64,000 bases of DNA from a virus. Below are positions 9,914 to 19,797 of this stretch, one piece after another. A program made the position numbers and the translations under genes. Below the pieces are notes generated by a model. That model was given only the letters and a program-made list of their open reading frames with translations, made no database searches and was not told where the DNA came from. The stretch lies in IMG/VR virus record IMGVR_UViG_3300026132_000002, positions 2,763-66,762 of that record; one strand, given 5' to 3'. Numbering within the stretch: the stretch's first letter is position 1; every line of letters begins with the position of its first letter.

Positions 9914-10321
9914 TTAGTGAATCAAACCAGTGGCAAAAACGAACACCCCTCCAATGACTGCTGCCAAAATGGTTATTGCGGCGATGAACAGCGTCTTGTA
10001 GACGTTACTGGCTCTTAACAATTTGTCCAGTTTAGTAGCAATAGGTAGCGGGACAGAATTTATGGCATCCTGTTCAATTCGGCGCAGTGATTCACGAATT
10101 TCCGTCCGTTCATCCTTTGCGGAGGACAAGTCGTGAGAAAAAGAAGATTCCACGCGCTTGAACTCGTCTCGAATATGAGACAACATATTGCTGTGGGTGC
10201 GCAGCGTTTCATCATGAGACGATACGAGCTTGCGCATGTCTTTGTATCGCTCATGCAGAAATTCGCACCTCTCATGCAGGAGTTCTATGGTTTCTTCAAC
10301 AGCGGAAGTCTTCTCGTTCAT
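9914..10321 (-). CDS. Coiled-coil protein with C-terminal TM helix (lysis-cassette/holin-associated)
   Basis: Coiled coil then TLFIAAITILAAVIGGVFVFA. Confidence 0.6.
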   Translation of the reverse strand: MNEKTSAVEETIELLHERCEFLHERYKDMRKLVSSHDETLRTHSNMLSHIRDEFKRVESSFSHDLSSAKDERTEIRESLRRIEQDAINSVPLPIATKLDKLLRASNVYKTLFIAAITILAAVIGGVFVFATGLIH

Positions 10322-10327
10322 AAGTCA

Positions 10328-11755
10328 TCAGTTAATTTGAAGGGGGATATGCACCCCTACCTCAATGGTAGTGCTTCCTGTATTCCCCACATTGTCTGTT
10401 ACCGTACAAGTAAGATGCCACTGAGATGTATCACCAGAATTTCCATTACAGGTGAAGGTGATGTTGATCGTATTCCCCGATTGTGAGTTAATCGTATACG
10501 TACCGGGGGCTGAACTGCTTATATGAGAAATAGCCCAAGAATAGCTATACGGTGTAACCCCTCCGGAAGCCGAAGCCGTGTAAGTATTGGTGGTGGAAGT
10601 TGTGTTGTAAGTATTGGAACCCGGTGAAATGGATACCGTGATCAATGCTTTCATGGTCGCCGAAGCTGTAGCCGAGGCACTCTGGGTCGTGGGACTGGTG
10701 CTATCGGTTACATCTACCTTGATCGTGATATCACTAGGTGTACCCCCTTGTCCGGAAAACTTGAAGGTAGCCTGATTACCACTCTGTGATTGCAATGTGG
10801 CCGATCCGGCACCACTTGTCGTAGTGGCACTCCAATTGTAGGTATACGGGGAAGTACCATTAGAGACATTGGCCGTATAGGTAACCGTATCTCCGTCTAT
10901 GAGACCTGAAGAAGTAGACGGAGATACACTCACCGTCATATAAGGTGAGAGTGAAATCGAAGCTGTAGAAGACACTACCTGAGGGTGATTGCTGCTGTCT
11001 GTTACCGTACATGTAAGCTGCAGGCTGGTAGTGCTACTTCCCTGTCCACTGTAGCTTACGGTAGTAGGATTGGAAGTAGTGGAGGACAGTGAGCCTGACC
11101 CCGGGCCACTCACAGTCTTTATAGACCACTTGTAGGTGAACGGGGAAACACCATTAGTGTGATTGGCAGTAAAGCTGTCGGACTGACCATTCTTTCGATT
11201 GGAAACACTGGAAGGGGAAATGGCAATTGCCATACGCGGTGCCAGTGTTACCGTCACATTACTGGATGCACTTTGCTGATGGGTGGAACTGTCCTTTGCC
11301 GTCACCGATACGATAACTGTACCGTTACCGGAAGAGGGCTGGTTGTTGAACTGGACTGTACAGCTATTGCCACTTTGCGAGACAATGGCTCCTGTTGAAC
11401 CATTACTTCCCGTAGCAACCGACCAGTTGAAGGTGTACGGAGATTTGGCGTTAGCTACCGTGGCTGTGAATGTAATCTTCTGCCCATTCGTAACACCCGT
11501 GGGAGCGGTGGGAGAAATGCTGACCGTCATTCCTCCTACGGTTCCATATGCCGCGAAGAAGGTATTAAGATCAGCGCCACTTACTTCGTAGCCAGTGGCT
11601 GAAGCTGCGCTTCCATCGGACAAAGGGGAGTAGCGTTGACTAAGGTCAACTCCCCCTACGTCATAGCCCGTGTCCGGAGCGGGGGTTTCCCAACTCTGTA
11701 ACGGGTTAAAAATGCTATCGAGGTCACTTCCGCCAACCTCATATCCACTAGCCAT
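10328..11755 (-). CDS. Tail fibre-associated adhesin with four Ig/PKD-like repeats
   Basis: Four ~95-aa S/T-rich repeats (V.ISP...TA....G.SPYTY.WS...VTD); three N-terminal GY.V.G.DL repeats. Confidence 0.75.
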   Translation of the reverse strand: MASGYEVGGSDLDSIFNPLQSWETPAPDTGYDVGGVDLSQRYSPLSDGSAASATGYEVSGADLNTFFAAYGTVGGMTVSISPTAPTGVTNGQKITFTATVANAKSPYTFNWSVATGSNGSTGAIVSQSGNSCTVQFNNQPSSGNGTVIVSVTAKDSSTHQQSASSNVTVTLAPRMAIAISPSSVSNRKNGQSDSFTANHTNGVSPFTYKWSIKTVSGPGSGSLSSTTSNPTTVSYSGQGSSTTSLQLTCTVTDSSNHPQVVSSTASISLSPYMTVSVSPSTSSGLIDGDTVTYTANVSNGTSPYTYNWSATTTSGAGSATLQSQSGNQATFKFSGQGGTPSDITIKVDVTDSTSPTTQSASATASATMKALITVSISPGSNTYNTTSTTNTYTASASGGVTPYSYSWAISHISSSAPGTYTINSQSGNTINITFTCNGNSGDTSQWHLTCTVTDNVGNTGSTTIEVGVHIPLQIN

Positions 11756-12783
11756 TAGTCAAACTTCTCTTCCAGTTCTTCTACACGATCAGACAATTCC
11801 TGCACGGCCTTTACCAATACCGCGATCAAGCTGTGATAATTCAAGGAGTAGAGATTGGTGGGGTATGCAGGCTTGTTGACTGCCTTGGCAAGTACCTTTT
11901 CTACTTCCTGTGCCACCAACCCGTATTCATGCTTCTTGGTGATATCGTGATCATATTCGACAGGACGCAGCTTCTTGACTTCCGAAAGTCCGACAGACAA
12001 ATTAGTAATGTTGGACTTGATACGAGAGTCTGAAGTATGGTTCAAGGTCCCCGTAATGGTCACATTGCCATTGATGGTTCCACCCCCGCTGCTGAAGGGA
12101 GTGTAGCCCAGAGCCGTGGTCACATCTGATGATTTTAGTGTCACGGCTCCCGAGCGTGTGTTGAAGGTTGTAACCTGCGGACCGGCCAAGGAACTGTTAG
12201 GAATGTTGAATGCGTTAGAAGATGCTTTTACCTGATGAGTCGTATCTACAGAGCCAATTGTGGTCTGCCCCGGAGCCAGTGTCACCCGGAAAAGCTCAAT
12301 CGTGGTTTGATTGTCCGGCGCTGTAGTAGTCGCCGTCACATTCAACGTATCCAGTTCCGTGTTGTACGCCTTGTAAGGCACGAACGAGGGGTCATAGTCG
12401 GGGTGGCCCGGAGGGGGGCCTACCAACAGGAACGGGTCTTGCTTAACAGTTGTAAGTTGCGCTACACAATAAGCCGTGACGCTATTACCACTGGCCGGGA
12501 CCAGTGAAGAGAAATCCACATTATAGGTAGAGGTGTCACTACCATCTGTGGTTCCATGCGCTTCGGCCAATGTTCCTGTCTGAAACAAGCAAGCAAACGG
12601 GGACGGCAGCGCACAGCTTACCGTCAGATTAGACGGAGTGAACGTAGCATCTGACGGATTGACCGTACCCGGGGTAGCCATACGCGCACCGTATAGTCCG
12701 ATGCCGCTCCACATATGGGTAACGGTATCAGTCCACAGGGTGTTGTCCTGATACTGGTAGCTATAGAAGAGTTGCCTTTTCAC
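11755..12783 (-). CDS. Tail fibre with C-terminal S74 intramolecular chaperone
   Basis: TSDSRIKSNI...LRPVEY...YGLVAQEV...LNY..LIAVLVKAVQEL coiled coil; follows baseplate wedge genes. Confidence 0.88.
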   Translation of the reverse strand: MKRQLFYSYQYQDNTLWTDTVTHMWSGIGLYGARMATPGTVNPSDATFTPSNLTVSCALPSPFACLFQTGTLAEAHGTTDGSDTSTYNVDFSSLVPASGNSVTAYCVAQLTTVKQDPFLLVGPPPGHPDYDPSFVPYKAYNTELDTLNVTATTTAPDNQTTIELFRVTLAPGQTTIGSVDTTHQVKASSNAFNIPNSSLAGPQVTTFNTRSGAVTLKSSDVTTALGYTPFSSGGGTINGNVTITGTLNHTSDSRIKSNITNLSVGLSEVKKLRPVEYDHDITKKHEYGLVAQEVEKVLAKAVNKPAYPTNLYSLNYHSLIAVLVKAVQELSDRVEELEEKFD

Positions 12784-12792
12784 GGTTTATCC

Positions 12793-13425
12793 TCAAACAC
12801 TCGGGAAGTTCTGTAAGCGGAATGACATTTTCACAATGGCACTGGAAGTGTGATCGGGAAGGTAAGATTCTGATTTGGTTCCTGAACCACCCAAATAAGT
12901 GCCGGTTCCGTAATTCATTCCCGTGTATTCCATTGTAGTAAGAAAGGGACCTGACTGAATAACTTGGAACGGCATAAGTGGTATTCCTGCAGGACGAACA
13001 TACGCCAGTGCCGTTGCAATGTTTTTAAGGGTGGTAGAGTCAAGCGGTGAGTTGAACTGAATCTGATAGCTGACCGGGGAAGCATTCTCCGTGACCTTTA
13101 CGGTTGTATCATAAATATCAGAAATGAACTTGGAGATACCTGCGGGAGTGGAACTCCAGCACAGGAGTGTGGATTTGATTCGCTTCAGGTAGCCGGGGTC
13201 ATCTTCTCCGCTTTGACGAGGAAGATTGAACATACTTCCCCACACATCCAGCCATGACCGTACAGCGTTATTGATGTTGGTCTGGTTCTGCATGGAAGCC
13301 AAACCACCCGTATAGGTGCGCAGCGCATGCAGCAACGAATGCATGAGCATGTCGAAGTTGGGTCCGGTCCGCTTGAACGGACTCGGTAAATCCAAAAGCT
13401 GCTGAAGGGCTTCATCTACAGTCAT
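12793..13425 (-). CDS. Baseplate wedge protein (P2 gpI-like)
   Basis: WLDVWGSMFNLPRQSGEDD.GY.KRI and YVRPAG motifs; follows baseplate J. Confidence 0.8.
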   Translation of the reverse strand: MTVDEALQQLLDLPSPFKRTGPNFDMLMHSLLHALRTYTGGLASMQNQTNINNAVRSWLDVWGSMFNLPRQSGEDDPGYLKRIKSTLLCWSSTPAGISKFISDIYDTTVKVTENASPVSYQIQFNSPLDSTTLKNIATALAYVRPAGIPLMPFQVIQSGPFLTTMEYTGMNYGTGTYLGGSGTKSESYLPDHTSSAIVKMSFRLQNFPSV

Positions 13426-14579
13426 TAGGTATTCAACGTCAGAGTGTTGAGAACAATGCGGCTACTGGTAGCCGGGGTGATGGAGGACTGTGTGGCATTG
13501 CCTGAGTCTTCCAACTGAACTGATAGGGAAGTGACCTGCGTGGAAAGAGCATTCGCTACTTGGGTATTGAGTTTGCTGTTTTCCGCAGTATCACCAAAGT
13601 TTAGCAGGGAGAAGTAATACTGCACTGCTGAGGATATCTGTGCATCTACCTGTTGCTTGGTGCTTTCCGGAGCTACAGTAGCGGTCACCGTTACATTTGC
13701 TACAGTAGGAGTCACAGCTACTACGTAATACGGAACTCCCACGGGTCGATAACCACTTTCCGTGAAGTTACTTACATCCCCGTCGAGCTTCGTCTTGACC
13801 GCAGAGATAAGCCCCGAAGTAGCTGTGCCGGTGCCGTTATCAATGATTGCAGAAAACCCCGGCGTCTGTGATCCCACTGCCTGATCAATCCACGGCTCAT
13901 AACATGTAGCATATTTAACAATTTCCGCTCCTGATGTAACCCCAACGCAAGCCGAAGCGACAGCCGCAGGAGAAGATAAATGAAGAGCAGTGATAGTATT
14001 AGCGAAGCGAGAAGCAGTCTGTTGAGCAGTTTCTGCATTTGCTCCCCCGGCAGTCGGGAGGGGATTGCTGACGTAGAGTGAGCTTGAAAGACCAGAAGCA
14101 ATCGAAACGATGCCGGAAGCCGGGATATTGCCTGCAGAACCTGCCTGCACTGCCTGAATATTTGCATAAACACCACTGCTGCCACTGGTGAGGGTTACAT
14201 CGGAAGTCGTTTCAAACTGAATCCCACCAGAAGTCTGAACTACGGTTCCTTGAGGAATGGGTACCGTATTAGGAGAAGCAGGCGCGTTGGGCGGAACTGC
14301 TGTGGAAAACAGGACAGTGCCTTCGGCATAGGTTGCCCCCAGAGGGGTAATGCCAAAGGCGGAATAGCACGCATTGGTGATTGCCTGAAAATTGGAGCTT
14401 TCATTCTCCGTCTGGTTGATATCAATGATGGAGGCAATAGCTTCTGCCAAGGCTCGTATCTGGGAGCCTTCATTGAAATCTGTGAGCACTCCGGACTGTG
14501 CAGCCAAGATTGCTGAAAGCTGCGCAGCAATAGCAGCAGTCGTAGGAGGCGAAGGAGTGGTAATATCGTATGTTGACAT
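13425..14579 (-). CDS. Baseplate J-like protein
   Basis: TDFNEGSQIRALAEA, ATYAEGTVLF, IPQGTVV, AGSAGNIPA, GGANAET. Confidence 0.92.
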   Translation of the reverse strand: MSTYDITTPSPPTTAAIAAQLSAILAAQSGVLTDFNEGSQIRALAEAIASIIDINQTENESSNFQAITNACYSAFGITPLGATYAEGTVLFSTAVPPNAPASPNTVPIPQGTVVQTSGGIQFETTSDVTLTSGSSGVYANIQAVQAGSAGNIPASGIVSIASGLSSSLYVSNPLPTAGGANAETAQQTASRFANTITALHLSSPAAVASACVGVTSGAEIVKYATCYEPWIDQAVGSQTPGFSAIIDNGTGTATSGLISAVKTKLDGDVSNFTESGYRPVGVPYYVVAVTPTVANVTVTATVAPESTKQQVDAQISSAVQYYFSLLNFGDTAENSKLNTQVANALSTQVTSLSVQLEDSGNATQSSITPATSSRIVLNTLTLNT

Positions 14580-14582
14580 GGG

Positions 14583-16007
14583 TTACTCAGGCGTAGGTTG
14601 CAATACCAAGTCCAGATTAGTAGGTGTAGCCCCCGTTCCCACCGGCTGTACCGTGGCTTTGACTGCTGCAAGCCCTAGTTCAGTCGTCGTGGTGTTAATA
14701 TTGAGAACTGACTGTACGCGATTGTCGGAAAGCAATGCCGCTTTTGCGTAGGTGTTCATCATCTTTATTGTCGTAGAGGTCATCGGTTCTCCCAACATGG
14801 ACGCAAGTCGAGAACCGTAACCCGTGCTATAGATGTAGCCGCCTAAAGGGGTGAGCAATCTGCGGATCAATGCTGCATTCAGATTATCGTACCCCACCAT
14901 AATCTGGAAATCCCCATTCCATTGGGGCAAATCCCCAGATACAGGACCGTAATTAAGATCAACCCCAAGGGTGTTGTAGAAGTAATTGGATTGTTGCGTA
15001 GAAGCTTGCGGGGTAGGAAGCACGAGCCTGTCTCCCGGCGTAGCCACCCCACTTCTAGAGGTATCGGCAACATACGGAGGGGAGAGATTGTTCAGGGTAG
15101 CGATCTGGGTCCATTCTGTGTAGTCCCCTGTCGTTCGGGCAGCGAAGTCCATCAATGTCTCTCCCTGATGCAAAATAGCAGTCTTGGGGGAAGGACTGGA
15201 AAGTTGGCGATACTCAATCAGGACTTCCTGACAGTACAGAATCAGTTTTTGCAGGGCATACTTGGTGAGCAATAGCATCTGCAGGGAATCATCTGTTACC
15301 CGGTTCCAGAAAAGACTGGACAGTTGCAAAAGTAGAGGCTGCACCAAGGCAAAGTTCCATAACTGTTGGTCAGTCAGAGCAGCACTGGTAGTGATGTAAG
15401 TGGAGAGAAAATCTACTTGCCGGTTGGTGAGGTCTGTCATATTGGACAGGGTATCCAGCAAACTAGGAGGGTAAGTAATTCCCGAGTTGGTAAGATCGTC
15501 AGCGATGCGGCCCCACCCCAGAGCATTATCCTTGGCTGCATCCACCAGTCCCGAAGCTGTCATTGTGGAAGGGGATGCTTCAGCATTGAAACCCCCCAGA
15601 TATTCATAGAGTTTGGGGTCACTTACAATTGTGTGACCTTTGTATAGATCAGTAGCCGGAGAGACCTCTACCGAGCAATGAGTTGCCAAATCACCAGCGG
15701 CTTTTTGCACGGCATCCAGACGATTGGTAAGATACTCCTGATCAATTGTTCCAAGGGCCAGCGGGTAAGAAGCCAACTGATCCAGATTGTCATAGAGGCG
15801 GTTGATGCCGTAGCAAATGATTTGTGCTTCCGTGTAGAAGAGCAGATTGCGCATGGAAGTCAGCAACGCATACAGATATCCCCACGAAGGAGTCTTGGGG
15901 AAGTTCGTGATCGTGGTTCCCGTATTGGTGAATACATCATTGAGCACCAGACGTAACTGCGACATGGCACTCGTCAGATCGCCTGAGGGGTTGCTATAGA
16001 TGCTCAT
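14583..16007 (-). CDS. Baseplate protein with LysM domain and C-terminal gp25-like domain
   Basis: LHQGETLMDFAAR..GD...W..IATLNNL...GDRLVLP (LysM); GYDNLNAALIRRLLTPLG...YGSRL...LLSDNRVQSV (gp25-like). Confidence 0.82.
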   Translation of the reverse strand: MSIYSNPSGDLTSAMSQLRLVLNDVFTNTGTTITNFPKTPSWGYLYALLTSMRNLLFYTEAQIICYGINRLYDNLDQLASYPLALGTIDQEYLTNRLDAVQKAAGDLATHCSVEVSPATDLYKGHTIVSDPKLYEYLGGFNAEASPSTMTASGLVDAAKDNALGWGRIADDLTNSGITYPPSLLDTLSNMTDLTNRQVDFLSTYITTSAALTDQQLWNFALVQPLLLQLSSLFWNRVTDDSLQMLLLTKYALQKLILYCQEVLIEYRQLSSPSPKTAILHQGETLMDFAARTTGDYTEWTQIATLNNLSPPYVADTSRSGVATPGDRLVLPTPQASTQQSNYFYNTLGVDLNYGPVSGDLPQWNGDFQIMVGYDNLNAALIRRLLTPLGGYIYSTGYGSRLASMLGEPMTSTTIKMMNTYAKAALLSDNRVQSVLNINTTTTELGLAAVKATVQPVGTGATPTNLDLVLQPTPE

Positions 16008-16009
16008 TC

Positions 16010-16633
16010 TTATGGTGCCCAGATTTGGGGAGTAAGTGTAGGAATATTGGAAAGGCCGAAGCTAGGCTGCGAAAGCTCATTCCACAAGGAAGTCTCTTGC
16101 TGCGTGGGCTGTCCCAGATTCTGTACGGCAGCAAGACGCAGTTCAAAGAAGACCCAAAGCGGGCTTCTTTCTGATTGGCGATAATTGATCTGCCCGACTG
16201 GCATGACTTCCCATGCCTCATCTAAGAAGAAATCATAGAACTCCAAGGCCACCGTGGACTGCTTTTGTTCATAGCGAGCATTGGCAACACGCTCACTGTA
16301 GGTAGAGAGCATGATGTTCAGGTCATCCAAGGAATCCAGCCCACTCTTGCGGTAGCCGGTGGTATTGTGGTAGTTCCAACCTGTGGTTCCACGCAAAATA
16401 AAGGTCGGGGGCGTCTCACCATAACGGTCAATGATTCGGTAGACGCCGGTGCTCTGTGATGATTGTACGTGGTACATATTATTCATCACGTCATACTGAC
16501 GATCCATCTGCTGCGGGCTGATGGGAAAGACAAACGGCTGAAGAAGCTGCGCTTTTGTAGCGCCTTCAACGAGCTTCAGGATATAGGTAGCTCGAAGATC
16601 ATTGAATCTGAGTATCTGCCGATAAACTGCCAT
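16010..16633 (-). CDS. Baseplate/tail tube initiator-type protein
   Basis: FVFPISPQQM, ILRGTTGW, LEFYDF, RSPLWVFFELRL; position in the baseplate cluster. Confidence 0.65.
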   Translation of the reverse strand: MAVYRQILRFNDLRATYILKLVEGATKAQLLQPFVFPISPQQMDRQYDVMNNMYHVQSSQSTGVYRIIDRYGETPPTFILRGTTGWNYHNTTGYRKSGLDSLDDLNIMLSTYSERVANARYEQKQSTVALEFYDFFLDEAWEVMPVGQINYRQSERSPLWVFFELRLAAVQNLGQPTQQETSLWNELSQPSFGLSNIPTLTPQIWAP

Positions 16634-16644
16634 GATGAATCCGT

Positions 16645-16962
16645 CTAGAAAAGTTTAATGCCCCACACCCAATGCAGGACACCTATGATGTTAAAAGCCA
16701 TGTAGGCACTATTAGCTACAAGGAGACTCCACATGCGCCGATGAAAAGCAATAGAAGCCCACAAGAAATTGGCCGGAAGGATGAAGAAGTAGGCAATATC
16801 CATATGCTGCAGAGCGACCAACATGCTTCCCGTCAACCCCACAACCGTAGCGCCCCACTTCAGTACCTTCCATAGATAGAGCAACCACTTGGAGCTTTCT
16901 CTTTCAGTAACAACGCGCCGTTCCGGTGGCGCCGGGGAAAGTCCCTTTTCTATCAGCTTCAT
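16645..16962 (-). CDS. Small 3-TM membrane protein (PnuC/nicotinamide riboside transporter half-like)
   Basis: KWGATVVGLTGSMLVA, FILPANFLW, WSLLVANSAYMAFNIIGVLHW. Confidence 0.55.
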   Translation of the reverse strand: MKLIEKGLSPAPPERRVVTERESSKWLLYLWKVLKWGATVVGLTGSMLVALQHMDIAYFFILPANFLWASIAFHRRMWSLLVANSAYMAFNIIGVLHWVWGIKLF

Positions 16963-17399
16963 GTGTATGTGCCGTGGTATTTGTACCCGTCTTTAAGCCA
17001 CGCTTGGACTTCCCATTCCGGAAAGTCAAGCATATGGATTCCATACCCCTTGTGCCGATGATGTTCAGCACACAACACTCTCATGTTATCTGCGCTGTCT
17101 ACGAACTTCTGCAGAGTCTCGTACTTGGCAGCTTCCGGGTGATCCTTCTTCAGCTTCTTAAAATCAATGGCGTTAGCCATGCTCCATTCAATGACGAAGT
17201 GATGAAGCTCCCGGTTATCGTGTACTCCACAGACCCAACATCCGATATTGCGTTCGTCAATAATGGTCTTTCGGGTAGCTCGGTATTCCGAACTTTCTGA
17301 CCGGCGCTCATGCTCCGGGTAGTACAGCGCAAAACGCAAGGTCATCTTTCTCAGATGATAATGAACCTTGTTCTTACTGATTGATTCAAGGTGGTTCAT
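16959..17399 (-). CDS. HNH-type nuclease-like protein
   Basis: CWVCG...ELHH...DNMRVLCAEHH...GIH; ATGA coupling with the upstream gene. Confidence 0.7.
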   Translation of the reverse strand: MNHLESISKNKVHYHLRKMTLRFALYYPEHERRSESSEYRATRKTIIDERNIGCWVCGVHDNRELHHFVIEWSMANAIDFKKLKKDHPEAAKYETLQKFVDSADNMRVLCAEHHRHKGYGIHMLDFPEWEVQAWLKDGYKYHGTYT

Positions 17400-18112
17400 G
17401 CCGGGGTTATTTTTATCAGGCTTCCATATAAGGAAGAGGAAGCGTAAAGAGTAGTGCCATCCCAATGAAGAGCATTGATCCCGATTTTCACACCGGAAAT
17501 CTGCCCGCTAGGATCGGGGATATTCTGGGGATAGCCGGAAGACATGGCGGTTCCTGTACCGCTCATGTAGTATAAAGTGTTGTCATCCGTGACAGCAAAG
17601 ACATTCCCACTATTGTCCGGGGTCATTGCCATAATTTGGCGTGTGCCCGTGGAATAAATAGGGGTCCAGCTTGAGCCACCGTAGATGCTCATCCCATAGC
17701 GATGCCCCGGCTCCAAGGAAACATTGCCTGTCTGTCGGTAGCGGTTTACTTCAGCGTTGTCTTGAAGGATGTATAAATCTCCCGCCGTGTAATAAAGGCC
17801 ATGCGCTGATTGAGACAGGGATATGGTGACGAAATTGACAAAGCCGCTAATGTTATCGGCGTGACCCAGACAATGAATTGAGTTGTTGGTATTGTCCAGA
17901 ACGAAGACTACGCCACTTCCTGCCTGTATATCATCGGCACTTCCAGCAAACGTGTGAGTGTCTTCTATAGCACTATCAAAAATGGAGTACACATATCCGG
18001 AAGCTCCTGAACTAGCAGAAGTGAAAGCCCGATAGGCATCCAGAGGATCAGCTACGATCCTTGAAATGGTCCCTGTCACGCTGACAGTGCTGGAAATACT
18101 CCATGTAGCCAT
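17396..18112 (-). CDS. Putative virion beta-propeller-like protein
   Basis: S/T/G-rich beta-strand repeats; within tail gene cluster. Confidence 0.5.
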   Translation of the reverse strand: MATWSISSTVSVTGTISRIVADPLDAYRAFTSASSGASGYVYSIFDSAIEDTHTFAGSADDIQAGSGVVFVLDNTNNSIHCLGHADNISGFVNFVTISLSQSAHGLYYTAGDLYILQDNAEVNRYRQTGNVSLEPGHRYGMSIYGGSSWTPIYSTGTRQIMAMTPDNSGNVFAVTDDNTLYYMSGTGTAMSSGYPQNIPDPSGQISGVKIGINALHWDGTTLYASSSLYGSLIKITPA

Positions 18113-18113
18113 A

Positions 18114-19217
18114 TTAACTTCCCAACAAAATCGTTACTGTAGAACCACCCGCTACGTAGGCTCGCGTAGTGGATGCAATCACTACATCGGTGGGATTCGT
18201 TACAGCCAAAGTACCGGAAGAAGCCCAAGAACTTCCGCTGTACTGAAACTCTTCCACTGTATTAGCCGAGGGTTCACACACCAGAACAGTCGTTCCTTTG
18301 GAATCTGCCGCTACCTTTCCCGCATTTGTCGCAGAAAGATTAGCGTTATGAGACCAGACGCCTCCTATGTTTTCAAAGACTTCCACATTATTGATGGAAG
18401 GTTCAGAGACAAAAGCGTAGATATTCTGAGCTTCCAGATAGGTAGGGGCAGCGGAAGTTGATAAGGTCTGGGCGCTGGACCACGTACCATCTGCATTCTG
18501 GGAGTATGCCGAAAACTGAGTATTGGCACTGTCGGCAAAGATAAGCTGAGAGTTGATGGAACGCATGCCTGAGGTCGCCATAGACAACGTGTCAGCAATT
18601 TTCCCGGCCATTACTAACCCAGAACTCGTATGAACAATGCTTAGGGCACCTGCTGTAAAGGGGGTAGATACCGCTGTGCCCCATGTCCCACTCACCGTGC
18701 TACTAAAAGTGATAGAATTGAACGTCCCTGTGGTATCAGCTACGTACAGAAGTGATCCATCAGTTGCGAAATTACGCAACCAGCTTGCGGTAAGGCCGGA
18801 TGCGCCACTTAATGTAACGCCGGTGAGAGCGCCACTTTGTGTGGTGTAGAAATTATTTGAGGTGTCCGTGACATACGGCTGAGTTCCTACCGTGCGAAGT
18901 CCTTCCAGAATGACATTGGAAGAAAGCTGATAGGGGGAGCCGGATACCGGAGTTGAGCCACTGATGGAAAGAAGCTCAGCCTTGCTCTTGAGTAGATAAG
19001 CTCCCGTGCCTCCATCTGTGTCTGCAGTCATTGTGATTGCAGAAGGGTCGGTGCCATAGATAGTGTAAGCTTGCAGGGAAGTCGTATCCCCCACGTAGAT
19101 ATCGTTGGGAGAATCCGAGCCTGCACTACAAATTAGATATTGCCCAGAACCATAGGGGACAAGATACGCGCCTCTCACAGGAGAAGTCGTAGTGCGATAG
19201 TAAGATGCAGTTGCCAT
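18114..19217 (-). CDS. Putative virion beta-propeller protein
   Basis: ~40-aa repeats (FVSEPSINNVEVF / LVCEPSANTVEEF / LYVADTTG); S/T-rich. Confidence 0.55.
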   Translation of the reverse strand: MATASYYRTTTSPVRGAYLVPYGSGQYLICSAGSDSPNDIYVGDTTSLQAYTIYGTDPSAITMTADTDGGTGAYLLKSKAELLSISGSTPVSGSPYQLSSNVILEGLRTVGTQPYVTDTSNNFYTTQSGALTGVTLSGASGLTASWLRNFATDGSLLYVADTTGTFNSITFSSTVSGTWGTAVSTPFTAGALSIVHTSSGLVMAGKIADTLSMATSGMRSINSQLIFADSANTQFSAYSQNADGTWSSAQTLSTSAAPTYLEAQNIYAFVSEPSINNVEVFENIGGVWSHNANLSATNAGKVAADSKGTTVLVCEPSANTVEEFQYSGSSWASSGTLAVTNPTDVVIASTTRAYVAGGSTVTILLGS

Positions 19218-19221
19218 ATCA

Positions 19222-19797
19222 TTACGCGATCAGGGGCAGCAAACCGCTGTGGATAAACAGATATGCACAATAAGCCAGAAGGAATACACAGATTGCGCCG
19301 GTCGCTGTCTTTTCAATAAACTCCGTGTCCTTGCGATCCTTGATCCATGCCAGCAGTACGGAGAAAGGATAGAGAGCCGCAAGGGCGTAGAGAAGAAGAC
19401 TGTTGTGGGCTTGCCAAGCCAGCAAGGGAAGCAGGGGCAACGCTCCTCCATATGCCATCTTGGCAAAGTTCAAATGCCATGCTCTGCGATGCTTTCCTCC
19501 TAGACCCCAACTATCGGTAGCCATTGCACCAAAGACGCCAATTCCAGAAAAGAAGCATAGGAGGCTCACAGCATTTTCTAAACGTACCCCAATTACTGCC
19601 AAGGCAAAGCACATTCCAATGAACCCTGCATCGAGCACATGGTGAAATTTTCCCATGAGGCCCGAGGAAATGGGCTCTGTGCGCAGTTTCTTGATTCTGT
19701 ACTCTACAAATCCCGCGCACGCCATGAACGTGCTAACTCCAGCAGCGGTAACAAGAGCGGTTACAGAGGTGAGTTGATGAAGCATATTACCCCACAT
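19222..19797 (-). CDS. Multi-pass membrane protein (DUF998-like)
   Basis: About six hydrophobic segments; EPISS, TD, WHLNFA, IEK pattern; start may be 19785. Confidence 0.55.
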   Translation of the reverse strand: MWGNMLHQLTSVTALVTAAGVSTFMACAGFVEYRIKKLRTEPISSGLMGKFHHVLDAGFIGMCFALAVIGVRLENAVSLLCFFSGIGVFGAMATDSWGLGGKHRRAWHLNFAKMAYGGALPLLPLLAWQAHNSLLLYALAALYPFSVLLAWIKDRKDTEFIEKTATGAICVFLLAYCAYLFIHSGLLPLIA

